From an uncultured virus (IMG/VR IMGVR_UViG_3300035670_000036) (lineage: Duplodnaviria > Heunggongvirae > Uroviricota > Caudoviricetes): a DNA stretch of 64,000 nt. A program made the translations under genes and the position numbers. The stretch lies in IMG/VR virus record IMGVR_UViG_3300035670_000036; one strand, written 5' to 3'. Below the pieces are notes generated by a model that was not told the DNA's origin, did not search any database, and saw nothing but the letters and a program-made list of their open reading frames with translations. Shown here piece by piece: positions 9,476 through 19,075 of this stretch. The first letter of the stretch is position 1. Every line of letters starts with the position of its first letter.

Positions 9476-11119
9476 ATGGGAAATTTAGACCACATGCTTC
9501 CGCATGACTATAATAGAACACAAAAAGCGGAGGCGATGAAATACATAGCCAAGTGGGAACCTACTGGCTTACTTGAAGGGCTAGATGAAAAAAGAGAGAA
9601 ACCACATTTAGCGGTTCTTCTTGAGAATCAGGCTCGTCAAATTGTAACAGAGGCCAATAGAACTGGTACTGCCTCAAATTCGGAAGAATGGGCAGGTGTA
9701 GCATTACCTTTAGTACGAAGAATTTTTTCTTCTATTGCAGCTAAAGATTTTGTTAGTATTCAGCCAATGAACTTACCTTCAGGCCTAGTATTCTTCCTAG
9801 ATTTTAAATATGGAACCTCTCAGCCTGGTTTCTTTTCAAATCAAGGTAAGAACTCTCAGAAAGACTCTGTATTCGGTATCACTGATGCTGACAAAGGAGG
9901 TACAGCAGGTACTCAAGGTCTTTATGGCGCTGGAAGATTTAGCTATTCTATTAATGACTATTCAAGCTCTACTTTGTCTTTCACAGGTAGTTTAAATAGA
10001 ATTAACAGTACTAAATTCTTTACCGGATCTGTTAACATGACCTCTGATATAAACTATGATACCAACTTCTCCGCGTCTTATAAGAGCAACGCGAAGTTAC
10101 GTAAAATATTTATATCTACTGATTCTCTTTCAGGATTTGATCCACTAGGAGTTAGAGCATTTACAGTAACAGGAACTAATATTAATGATACATTCCAGCA
10201 GTTTACGTCCTATGATTTGACTAACAGTAGAATCGTATTCATTGTTTCTGGCTCTACTACAATATCTAACGTAAAGGTAAATTATCACAAACAACCTACT
10301 GACCTTACTAGAGGTGACTTCGAAGAGGGTAAAACTCAGGCAGGTGGCGCGGATCAAGATTTACCAATTCCGGAAATCAATTTGGAGATGCGCTCTGAGG
10401 CCATTACGTCTAAAACACGTAAGCTAAAAGCTAAATGGACACCAGAATTCGCGCAGGATCTTAACGCATACCACTCTATTGATGCAGAAGCTGAATTAAC
10501 TTCTATGCTTTCTGAATATATTTCTCAGGAAATTGATTTGGAAATTCTAGATATGTTAGTATCAGAAGCTCAGACAGTAGAAAGATGGTCTGCTAAGATT
10601 GGATTTGCTTACGACCCTGGTTCAGCTACGTTCTCAAATGCAGCAACGACTGGTCAATTCTACAACCAAGGCACTTGGTTCCAAACAATCGGAACTAAAA
10701 TGCAGAAGGTATCCAACGAAATTCACCGATTAACCATGAGAGGTGGTGCTAACTTTATTGTTACATCTCCAACTATTGCCACTATCCTAGAATCAATCCC
10801 AGGATATGCAGCTGATACTAATGGTGATCAAGCTAAATTTGCAATGGGTGTACAGAAAGTAGGTTTGTTAAATAGCAGATTTACTGTATACAAGAATCCA
10901 TATATGACCGAGAACTTATTGTTAATGGGCTATAGAGGCGCTCAATTCCTAGAAACAGGAGCTGTTTACGCACCATACATTCCATTAATTATGACTCCTC
11001 TAGTATATGATCCGGAGAACTTCACTCCAAGAAAAGGTATCATGACGAGGTATGCTAAGAAAATGGTTCGTCCTGAATACTACGGAAAGATTTATGTTCA
11101 TGGATTAGATTCTTTATAA
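9476..11119 (+). CDS. Major capsid protein (T4 gp23-like)
   Basis: LLENQ, PLVRR, QPMNLPSGLVFFLDFKY, KTRKLKAKWTPEFAQDLNAYH, DAEAELTSMLSEYISQEIDLEI, GAVYAPYIPL, FTPRKGIMTRY. Possible maturation cleavage at QIVTE|AN. Confidence 0.97.
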   Translation: MGNLDHMLPHDYNRTQKAEAMKYIAKWEPTGLLEGLDEKREKPHLAVLLENQARQIVTEANRTGTASNSEEWAGVALPLVRRIFSSIAAKDFVSIQPMNLPSGLVFFLDFKYGTSQPGFFSNQGKNSQKDSVFGITDADKGGTAGTQGLYGAGRFSYSINDYSSSTLSFTGSLNRINSTKFFTGSVNMTSDINYDTNFSASYKSNAKLRKIFISTDSLSGFDPLGVRAFTVTGTNINDTFQQFTSYDLTNSRIVFIVSGSTTISNVKVNYHKQPTDLTRGDFEEGKTQAGGADQDLPIPEINLEMRSEAITSKTRKLKAKWTPEFAQDLNAYHSIDAEAELTSMLSEYISQEIDLEILDMLVSEAQTVERWSAKIGFAYDPGSATFSNAATTGQFYNQGTWFQTIGTKMQKVSNEIHRLTMRGGANFIVTSPTIATILESIPGYAADTNGDQAKFAMGVQKVGLLNSRFTVYKNPYMTENLLLMGYRGAQFLETGAVYAPYIPLIMTPLVYDPENFTPRKGIMTRYAKKMVRPEYYGKIYVHGLDSL

Positions 11120-11149
11120 TAAAAAGTGTTCATAATTTATTGATATACT

Positions 11150-11180
11150 GGCGAGGCTTCAAAAAAGCCTCGCCTTTTTT
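11150..11180 (+). terminator. Intrinsic terminator after the major capsid gene
   Basis: GGCGAGGCTT-caaaa-AAGCCTCGCC, a 10-bp stem followed by T6. Confidence 0.9.
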
Positions 11181-11230
11181 ATTTAATCTAAACTTAATCT
11201 GTATCTACTGTGTTTTAAAAAATAAAAATC

Positions 11231-11497
11231 ATGACAAACGTAAACAGAAAAATTAAAGATTTAAAAAAAATTGATGAGAAAATTAATGATTTAGAAAAAG
11301 CCTTATTAGAAAATCCGGACAAAGAGGCTTACATAAATCAAAAATTAATTGAATTATCAAATGAAAAAGCATCACTTGAAAAATTTTTATCTAGTATTAA
11401 TTATTTGTATATTCATAAAACCATTGATGACCCTTATATAAAATTAAAAAGATCTCCTGCTATAAAAAAAGATGGTAGCTACATCAGCAAATACTAA
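11231..11497 (+). CDS. Hypothetical coiled-coil protein
   Basis: 88-aa ORF with an A-rich leader. Confidence 0.6.
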   Translation: MTNVNRKIKDLKKIDEKINDLEKALLENPDKEAYINQKLIELSNEKASLEKFLSSINYLYIHKTIDDPYIKLKRSPAIKKDGSYISKY

Positions 11498-11527
11498 ATT
11501 ATAAAACGTACTTATTATAAAAACTAC

Positions 11528-12193
11528 ATGGCGGAAAACACAGAAAAGAGGTTGCCGAAGAATCCGGTAAAATTTGATATTCAATTATCAAACGACCAAA
11601 AAGAAGCTAAAGACAAGATATTAATGCATCCTGTTAATTTTGTCTTAGGTAAACCCGGAAGTGGCAAAACACTACTTGCAACTCAAATAGCTCTCGATAA
11701 ATTTTTTAGAAGAGAAATAAATAAGATAGTCATTACTAGACCGATGGTTGCTACCGAAGAAATGGGATTTTTACCCGGAACATTTGAAGAAAAATTAGAG
11801 CCTTGGATAGTCCCTATAAAAGACAACATAGCTAAGGCATACGCAAAACAATCAGCAGTAGAAAGATTATACAGCGACAAATCAGTAGAACTTGTATCTT
11901 TGGCTCACTTTAGAGGTAGAACTTTTGACGATGCTATTTGTATTATAGATGAATTTCAGAATTTGACAAGAGAGCAACTATCCATGTGCATAAGCAGACT
12001 AGGTAAAAACACAATCATGATATTTACAGGAGATGAAAATCAGATAGATTTAAAGCATAAAGAACAATCTGCAATTAAGCTAGTACCTGTAGTTGACCAA
12101 AGTAGATATGTTAATTGCGTAAGATTATCCACTAACCATAGACACGAAGCATTAGACGACATATTCAAGTATTTATACCCCAACTCACTGTAG
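11528..12193 (+). CDS. phoH: PhoH-like ATPase
   Basis: GKPGSGKT, ITRP, GFLPG..EEKLEPW, FRGRTF, IIDEFQN, SRLG, FTGDENQID. Confidence 0.95.
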   Translation: MAENTEKRLPKNPVKFDIQLSNDQKEAKDKILMHPVNFVLGKPGSGKTLLATQIALDKFFRREINKIVITRPMVATEEMGFLPGTFEEKLEPWIVPIKDNIAKAYAKQSAVERLYSDKSVELVSLAHFRGRTFDDAICIIDEFQNLTREQLSMCISRLGKNTIMIFTGDENQIDLKHKEQSAIKLVPVVDQSRYVNCVRLSTNHRHEALDDIFKYLYPNSL

Positions 12194-12196
12194 TTT

Positions 12197-14569
12197 ATGA
12201 CAATTAAGTTTTATATTGGATATTACCCGGAATTTCATGCCAGCGGAGAAAACTTCGCTGGCACTGAATGGGCCTTACGCAACCTTGCAGAGGCTTTTGC
12301 ATCACTAGGCCACGCTGTATTCATTACGGGAGAGATAGTGCAGGAGAACGCTTTAAATGGCGTTATTTACACAAAGGATTATAATGTACAGGCAGATATT
12401 CTAATTGCTTTAAATTACACTCACTATATAGATTTAATATCAGAGGATAGCTACGATAAATCTTATTTTTGGATACATAACACAGATCCTTTCTTCTATA
12501 ATTACTATAAGGGAGAGAATGTTCCAAGTTTACAAGATAGAGTATTTAGCCACCCTAAATTCAAAAGTGTTATTTGTGTATCTAAATATCATAAAGAAGA
12601 ATTTGAGAAACGTTTTTTTGGCGTACCTTCCATCATGTTATACAATGCAGTAAAACGAATAGATGTGCCAAGAATAAACAAATCAAGGATTAAAGATTCT
12701 TACATTTATATATCACATGCAGAAAGAGGGTTAGAGGAAATTTTGACACATTGGAGACAGATTTTATATCATAGGCCGGAATCATCATTATACATAGTAA
12801 CACCAAAATACGGAGAAAAATACTATGAAAAGCATTTCTCTCATGTTACAAGCACTTATAAAAATGTATATTATCATGGCTCTATGAGTAAAGATGATTT
12901 GATAGCTTTTGCAAGTAGTAAACATTATTGGTTATATCCTTCAAATTATGATGAAACATTTTGTGTGGCTGCTGTTGAAATGCAGATGTTAGGATTGATT
13001 CCTATAACGAGATTTAGAGCAGGATTGAAGGAGACTGTATTTCATTGTATTGAGTTTGATTCATGGTTATCATCTATATTATCTAATAGTCAATTTAAAA
13101 TACTTCCTAATGGTAATACACTTAAATACAATATAACTGATTTTTTTGATCCTGTAAAGATTGCTAAAGAATTTATAAATATTACTGTCATGGAAAATAA
13201 ATTAAAAATAGATGCTGTCTATGTGATTACTTTTGATGTATCTGATGAAGCTATTATGAGATACACCACGGAATTTAATAAGCTAGGCATTATACCGGGT
13301 CAGTTTCATTTGTTTAAGGCTGTAGATGGTAGAAATCCTAAAGTAGATTTTGATTGGTCTTTGTACAATAATTGGAAAATAGATAATCATAGTAATTCAT
13401 ATTATAACCGGGATATATTACCTGGGGAAATTGGATGTGCTTTATCTCATTTATCTATATGGAAAGATGCTAAAAAGAAAAATTATGATTCTATTTTAAT
13501 TTTAGAAGATGATTTTAAAGTAGATGGAGAGTTCCCCGCGGAAAAAATTGACTTAGATGATTGGGGTCTTTTGTATCTCGGTAGGCAAAAATTAGGAGAG
13601 GATTCAGACATACCAAATCCTTTAAACGTTCCTCCCCCGGGATATTCTCAGTATCTTGATCTTGATAGGCAAAAATCGGCGGGGAATCATGAAATACTAA
13701 ACTCCATATACACATCTCCAGGATACTCATGGTTATCTCATGCCTACATGTTATCAAAATTAGGCATAGAAAGAATACTAGAACAGAACTTTGAAAAATA
13801 CATCTTACCCGTAGATGACTTCTTAGCATGTACATATTCAGATAACACAGAAAGAAAAGACTTATTCTTTATATGGCAAGACATGAATGCATATAGTTTA
13901 AAAGAATGTATAGTAAGTCAAACAAGTAATTCAAAAACAAGTAAAACATCTAGTAACTCATTTGCATCTAACATCTATCTAACAAAAGATGTAGATAAAT
14001 GGTCATCCATGTATATCAATCCTGCATTAAAAAATAAAGAATATGATTTAATTGTAGATGAACCTATACCTGATGTCTTACATTTACATGCATTTAAAAA
14101 AGAATTTTGCAGTGAAGTTATAAGATTAGCAGAAGAATGTGGAAAATGGACAAAAGATAGACATTATTATTATCCAACTCATGACATGTTAATCAATGAA
14201 TTTCAATTACATGATGCTTATGACATGTTTTTAAATACTTACATATATCCCCTCGTAAAATCTAATTTTGTACTTACCGGAGACAAATGGAAGAAATTTA
14301 GCTCTGAGAACTTTATTATAAAATACACACCGGAAAATCAAGGACACTTATCTTTACACCATGATGATTCTGCGTTTTCTACTGTGTTAACTCTAAATGA
14401 TGCGTATGAAGGAGGAGGTACATGGTTTTCAAAGCAAAAAAAGTTAGTTAAGGGAGAAGTAGGTGAATTAACAATACATCCGGGACAGATAACACATAGA
14501 CATGGTGCAAGACCTGTAATTTCTGGAGTTAGGTATGTATTGGTATCCTTTATAAGACAAGTATATTAA
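12197..14569 (+). CDS. Three-domain protein: GT4 glycosyltransferase + GT25 (COLGALT-like) glycosyltransferase + PLOD-type 2OG-Fe(II) lysyl hydroxylase
   Basis: GT4: GTEWAL...ERGL...YPSNYDETFCVAAVEMQMLG. GT25 (from ~13190): AVDGR, GEIGCALSHLSIWK, ILEDDF, LLYLGR, AYMLS, LPVDDFL. Dioxygenase (from ~13990): NFIIKY, LHHDDS (HxD), YEGGG, HPGQITHRHG, GVRYVLVSFI. Confidence 0.88.
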   Translation: MTIKFYIGYYPEFHASGENFAGTEWALRNLAEAFASLGHAVFITGEIVQENALNGVIYTKDYNVQADILIALNYTHYIDLISEDSYDKSYFWIHNTDPFFYNYYKGENVPSLQDRVFSHPKFKSVICVSKYHKEEFEKRFFGVPSIMLYNAVKRIDVPRINKSRIKDSYIYISHAERGLEEILTHWRQILYHRPESSLYIVTPKYGEKYYEKHFSHVTSTYKNVYYHGSMSKDDLIAFASSKHYWLYPSNYDETFCVAAVEMQMLGLIPITRFRAGLKETVFHCIEFDSWLSSILSNSQFKILPNGNTLKYNITDFFDPVKIAKEFINITVMENKLKIDAVYVITFDVSDEAIMRYTTEFNKLGIIPGQFHLFKAVDGRNPKVDFDWSLYNNWKIDNHSNSYYNRDILPGEIGCALSHLSIWKDAKKKNYDSILILEDDFKVDGEFPAEKIDLDDWGLLYLGRQKLGEDSDIPNPLNVPPPGYSQYLDLDRQKSAGNHEILNSIYTSPGYSWLSHAYMLSKLGIERILEQNFEKYILPVDDFLACTYSDNTERKDLFFIWQDMNAYSLKECIVSQTSNSKTSKTSSNSFASNIYLTKDVDKWSSMYINPALKNKEYDLIVDEPIPDVLHLHAFKKEFCSEVIRLAEECGKWTKDRHYYYPTHDMLINEFQLHDAYDMFLNTYIYPLVKSNFVLTGDKWKKFSSENFIIKYTPENQGHLSLHHDDSAFSTVLTLNDAYEGGGTWFSKQKKLVKGEVGELTIHPGQITHRHGARPVISGVRYVLVSFIRQVY

Positions 14570-14596
14570 AAAGTGAATAAAAGACTTTTTTAATAC

Positions 14597-14604
14597 TATT
14601 TATT
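14597..14604 (+). promoter_or_regulatory. TATTTATT intergenic motif (putative late promoter, neck genes)
   Basis: Recurrent motif, 11 bp upstream of the ATG at 14616. Confidence 0.4.
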
Positions 14605-14615
14605 GTAAACAGCAG

Positions 14616-15776
14616 ATGGCAGTTCACATACCTATATGGCCTGGAAGTGGTAGCGCAGTATCTGGATCTACACCTTTCGGAATATTTGATAAAGATACTA
14701 ATTTTCAAAAAGATGCCCCTAAAGTAGCCGTATGGTGCGCTAGGAGATTAGGCTACCCTCTTACCGACGTTGAATTACAAGATATTAATTTCTATACCGC
14801 TTTTGAAGAAGCCATCTCTGAATACAGTAATCAAGTTAATGCCCACTCTGCTAAGGATAATATATTAGGATTGATGGGATTCAATACTGGTTCCCTTAGA
14901 TTAGAAAAAGAATTAGTTACCAATTCAATAGCAGGTGTCTTAGAAATATCTGCGGAGTACGGTACAGAAATAGGCGTAGGAGGAAGAACGACGTTTTACA
15001 CAGGCTCGATATTAGTAAAAGAAGGAAAACAAGTTTATAGCTTATTAGACCCAACTAGAGTTTCTTTAGAGTCCGGAAACCCTGCTACAGATAAATTCAT
15101 GATAAGAAAAATGTTTCACAATGCGCCACCCGCTATTGTAAAATATTTTGACCCATTTGTAGGAACAGGCTTAGGTACTCAAAATTTATTAGACCAATTC
15201 GGATTTGGTAATTACAGTCCTGGAGTTAATTTCTTATTAATGCCCCTGCATCATGATATTCTTAGAATGCAGGCTATAGAATTTAATGATCAAATTAGAA
15301 AATCTGCATACGGCTTTGAAGTAATTAACAATAGAATAAGAATATTCCCAACTCCTGCAAAAGAGTATAAAATCTGGTTTGAGTACACACTAGATTCCGA
15401 GTATAAAAATGCGAATAAAGGAGGTAAAGGTAAGATAAATAGCCATGCTACTATTCCTTATTTTACTTTACCTTACTCTAGTATAAATGACATCGGTAAG
15501 CAATGGATAAAGAAATACACACTTGTCCTATCTAAAGAAATGCTTGCTTACGTTAGAGGAAAGTATAAGACCTTACCCGGATTAGAAGATGATATCGTAC
15601 TGAATACAGAAGATTTGATGTATTCCGTAAATGAAGAAAAGCAAAGATTAATAGATGTTCTTAGAATAGAGTTAGATCAATTTAGCCGTCAATCTCAATT
15701 AGAAAGAAAGATGGCAGAATCAGAAGCTCATGAAAAATTTTTAGCAGTAATTCCACTTAAAATATACGTAGGATAA
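14616..15776 (+). CDS. Neck / head-completion protein (T4 gp13-like)
   Basis: RRLGYP..DVEL, WIKKYTL..SKEML..VRGKY; first of three genes before the sheath. Confidence 0.8.
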   Translation: MAVHIPIWPGSGSAVSGSTPFGIFDKDTNFQKDAPKVAVWCARRLGYPLTDVELQDINFYTAFEEAISEYSNQVNAHSAKDNILGLMGFNTGSLRLEKELVTNSIAGVLEISAEYGTEIGVGGRTTFYTGSILVKEGKQVYSLLDPTRVSLESGNPATDKFMIRKMFHNAPPAIVKYFDPFVGTGLGTQNLLDQFGFGNYSPGVNFLLMPLHHDILRMQAIEFNDQIRKSAYGFEVINNRIRIFPTPAKEYKIWFEYTLDSEYKNANKGGKGKINSHATIPYFTLPYSSINDIGKQWIKKYTLVLSKEMLAYVRGKYKTLPGLEDDIVLNTEDLMYSVNEEKQRLIDVLRIELDQFSRQSQLERKMAESEAHEKFLAVIPLKIYVG

Positions 15777-16312
15777 TGGCACTATTTGGAAGTGGTAGAG
15801 ATGCTTCTTTAGTTAGGAGTATAAATAGGGAAAGAGTGAATAAAGTGATGGCCTTAGAGGTTGAACTTTACAAATTATCTAGGGAGGATACTAGAGAGAA
15901 CATATATAGAGAAGCTCCTAGTAAAGTTTTCTATAATGCCACAAGGTTAAATTGCATAGTAAAAAGAGGAACAAAAGAAACTGTAGATACCGATTTTGGT
16001 TTAGATTTTGAGAGAGAGGCTACGTTTTATTTCTTAAGAGATGATTTATTGGAAAGGGATTTAGTTATAGAACCCGGGGATTATGTTTTTTTTGATATGG
16101 ATTTTTATGAGTTAAACAATGTATTCTCTGATAACGCCTGGTTTGGAAGAAATCCTGAAACATATATACCCCATGTGTTAGGAGAGGAATCTGAATTTGG
16201 TTACAACATATCTGTCATAGCACAAGCACACTTAAGTAGAAAAACAAATCTAACTACCACTGATTATAGGTCCGGAATCAATGACGCGTATGATGAACTA
16301 AACAAATATTAA
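15776..16312 (+). CDS. Neck / head-closure protein (T4 gp14-like)
   Basis: Position between gp13-like and gp15-like genes; ENIYRE, FGLD, EPGDYV motifs. Confidence 0.65.
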   Translation: MALFGSGRDASLVRSINRERVNKVMALEVELYKLSREDTRENIYREAPSKVFYNATRLNCIVKRGTKETVDTDFGLDFEREATFYFLRDDLLERDLVIEPGDYVFFDMDFYELNNVFSDNAWFGRNPETYIPHVLGEESEFGYNISVIAQAHLSRKTNLTTTDYRSGINDAYDELNKY

Positions 16313-16313
16313 A

Positions 16314-17090
16314 ATGGCTAAATCTACGATAAATCCTACGGTGTATAATCAACTCTATAGAAATCAAGTAAATAGAGCAGAACAAACAAGAGAGGATGAT
16401 GATTACATTAAGATTCCTGAAATTACAATATATGATGTAGATTATTCTATATTGCAATACATTAGAAATAACATCAAACCTGAAATTCAAGATAGAGATA
16501 GAATGATAGATGTTCCTGTCATGTATGGAAGTGGAGAATTATGGTCTCAAGTTCAATCTAATGGTTTTATGCGAGATGAGAAAAATAAACTTCTATGCCC
16601 TGTTATTACATTGTCTAGGACAAGAATGGAGGAATATAAAGATTTTGCTAAATTAGATGTAAATAACAGAGTTTCTAGTAGGGTTTATTATAGGCAGGGA
16701 TACACGCAGAACAATGCTAGATACGGTTCTAATAATAGAGGCAATACGGATTTACCACAAAAAGAATTTTATATATCTTTAATACCTGAATACTACTACG
16801 TTTACTATGATTTAAACATTTGGACAGATTTTAACGAACAACTAAATAAAGTGGTAGAAATGTTTATTCCTGTTAATAATTTTGTGTGGGGAAATGATTA
16901 CCAATTTGTTACAAATATTGAGGATTTTTCATTTTCTACCGTAAACATATCAAAACAAGAAAGAATTGTAAAGGCATCCACTAGATTAAGAGTATTAGCT
17001 ACACTCATGCCGGCATTTGTAGAAAGGAAATCATCTATTCAAAAGGCATTTTCAATAAAAAAAGTAAACATGACAGAAAGATTATTCTAA
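16314..17090 (+). CDS. Tail terminator / sheath stabiliser (T4 gp15-like)
   Basis: VPVMYG..E.W, PVITL.R, YDLNIWT...EQLNKVVE; directly before the sheath gene. Confidence 0.7.
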   Translation: MAKSTINPTVYNQLYRNQVNRAEQTREDDDYIKIPEITIYDVDYSILQYIRNNIKPEIQDRDRMIDVPVMYGSGELWSQVQSNGFMRDEKNKLLCPVITLSRTRMEEYKDFAKLDVNNRVSSRVYYRQGYTQNNARYGSNNRGNTDLPQKEFYISLIPEYYYVYYDLNIWTDFNEQLNKVVEMFIPVNNFVWGNDYQFVTNIEDFSFSTVNISKQERIVKASTRLRVLATLMPAFVERKSSIQKAFSIKKVNMTERLF

Positions 17091-17127
17091 TTTCTTATTT
17101 TTTTAATTGTTTGAGATTTTTAAAACA

Positions 17128-17135
17128 TATTTATA
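17128..17135 (+). promoter_or_regulatory. TATTTATA intergenic motif (putative late promoter, sheath)
   Basis: Recurrent motif upstream of the sheath gene. Confidence 0.4.
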
Positions 17136-17193
17136 ACAAATGAGAATTTATTAATAATTCTTTGTATAATATTTAATTGACAAAAACAAAAAA

Positions 17194-19056
17194 ATGGCAG
17201 AAAGAATAGTCAGTCCTGGCGTATTTACTAGAGAAAAAGACCTGAGTTTTCTCCCCTTAGAAATACAAGCCATTGGAGCAGCGGTTGTTGGCCCTACGTT
17301 AAAAGGTCCTGCATTCGTTCCTACCACAATTTCTTCTTATGAGGAATACCTAAGAGCTTTCGGAGGACCTTTTAGTTCGGGTTCTGGTACATCTGAAAGA
17401 CAATACAAGTTCTTAACGGACTATGTAGCACAAGAATATTTGAGATATGCAGAAAATTTAACCGTAGTAAGAGTTCTTGCCGGTGATTATGAATATGCTA
17501 GTTCAAATGTAGTAACTAGAGGTGCTTATGCTGCTGCCCCCGCTGGAATAAAAGCCAATTTAACTGGTTCCTATTTTACATCCGGTCAACAGACATTTAA
17601 ATTAACCTTAGTTTCTCCGGGTAATTTCGGAAACTCTGCTTTAACTTCTATTGCATCTAATAATGGAGTTGGAAGTCCTGCGGATGATACTACAGGTGGC
17701 GCACTCAATATCGGAAACAGAGAGAATTTAAGATGGGAAGTAAGAGACGTTAATACTGATTTAGGTACTTTTGACCTGTATATAAGAAGAGGAGACGACA
17801 GACACAACAGGAAAGTAATTGTAGAGCAGTATAATGATTTAACTTTAGACCCTAACGATACGAATTATATCGGTAGAGTTATCGGAGATCAAATGTACAC
17901 TTTAAGATACGATTCTGATGGTATCCCTTTCTTACAGTTAAGCGGATCTTTCCCTAACAGATCAAGATATATCCGAGTAGAAGTATTTAAAGAAAACTAC
18001 AACTACTTAAATGAAAGCGGACAAATAAGAGTTCCTGCATTCTCTAGTAGTTTACCTGCTGCTGTATCTGGTACTTTCTCCGGCGGATCTGATGGATATG
18101 TAAAGCATCCTAGATCATTCTTTGATAAAATTAGCGGACAAAATAGTCAAGGATTTAATTTAGATGATTTAGCTGGTGGTGCTTCTGGCTCAACTGCTTA
18201 TAAAGATGCTATCGATATCTTAGCTAATGCAGATGAATATGATATTAACATGTTACTCATGCCCGGAATTATTGACGGAGTAGGTGAACAACATGGTGAA
18301 ATCATCACAAAAGCTATTGCCATGATTGAAAATAGAGGAGATATTTTCATGGTAATTGACCCTACTAGATACGGAGATACTATTGGACAAGCTATCAATG
18401 CAGCCTTAGCAAGAAATACTTCCTATGCTGCTTATTATTATCCATGGGTACAAATAGCTGATGCTGACTTAGGAAGAAATGTATGGGTTCCACCATCCAC
18501 TGTAGTATCAGGAGTTATTGCATTTAATGACTACGTACAGTTCCCTTGGTACGCTCCGGCCGGTTTGAATAGAGGTGCAATCGACGTAGCTCTACAAGCA
18601 GAGCGTAAATTAACATTAGGAGATAGAGATAGACTTTATACATATAATATCAATCCTATAGCCACCTATCCTAGAGAAGGAGTAGTTGTATGGGGGCAAA
18701 AAACTCTCCAAAAGAAGAGATCTGCACTTGATAGGATTAATGTAAGGAGATTATTAATAGCTGCTAAGAAATTCATTGCATCATCTTCTAGGTATCTAGT
18801 ATTTGAACAAAACACAAAAGAAACTAGACTTAGATTTTTAAGTATCGCAGAACCTTATTTAGAAAGCGTTAGAAGAAATCAAGGTTTATATGATTTTAGA
18901 GTAATTATGGACGAATCCAATAATACTCCTGACGTTCTTGACAGAAATGAGTTAAGAGGTGCTATTTATTTAAAACCGACTAGAACTGCGGAATTCATAA
19001 TCTTAGATTTCTTTGTATTACCTACGGGAGCTTCTTTCCCTGGAGATACAGAATAA
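17194..19056 (+). CDS. Contractile tail sheath protein (gp18-like)
   Basis: SPGVFTREKD, GPTLKGP, YYPWV, PWYAPAGLNRG, INPI, VWGQKTL, DRINVRRLL, FEQN, KPTRTAEFI. Confidence 0.96.
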   Translation: MAERIVSPGVFTREKDLSFLPLEIQAIGAAVVGPTLKGPAFVPTTISSYEEYLRAFGGPFSSGSGTSERQYKFLTDYVAQEYLRYAENLTVVRVLAGDYEYASSNVVTRGAYAAAPAGIKANLTGSYFTSGQQTFKLTLVSPGNFGNSALTSIASNNGVGSPADDTTGGALNIGNRENLRWEVRDVNTDLGTFDLYIRRGDDRHNRKVIVEQYNDLTLDPNDTNYIGRVIGDQMYTLRYDSDGIPFLQLSGSFPNRSRYIRVEVFKENYNYLNESGQIRVPAFSSSLPAAVSGTFSGGSDGYVKHPRSFFDKISGQNSQGFNLDDLAGGASGSTAYKDAIDILANADEYDINMLLMPGIIDGVGEQHGEIITKAIAMIENRGDIFMVIDPTRYGDTIGQAINAALARNTSYAAYYYPWVQIADADLGRNVWVPPSTVVSGVIAFNDYVQFPWYAPAGLNRGAIDVALQAERKLTLGDRDRLYTYNINPIATYPREGVVVWGQKTLQKKRSALDRINVRRLLIAAKKFIASSSRYLVFEQNTKETRLRFLSIAEPYLESVRRNQGLYDFRVIMDESNNTPDVLDRNELRGAIYLKPTRTAEFIILDFFVLPTGASFPGDTE

Positions 19057-19075
19057 ACAAAAAAAATAATATAAA

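Noticed and set aside
12197..14569. Dioxygenase + GT fusion as a TET/JBP-type DNA hypermodification enzyme
   Set aside because: The motifs match PLOD-type and COLGALT-type protein-modifying domains, not TET/JBP. This is disfavoured but not experimentally excluded.
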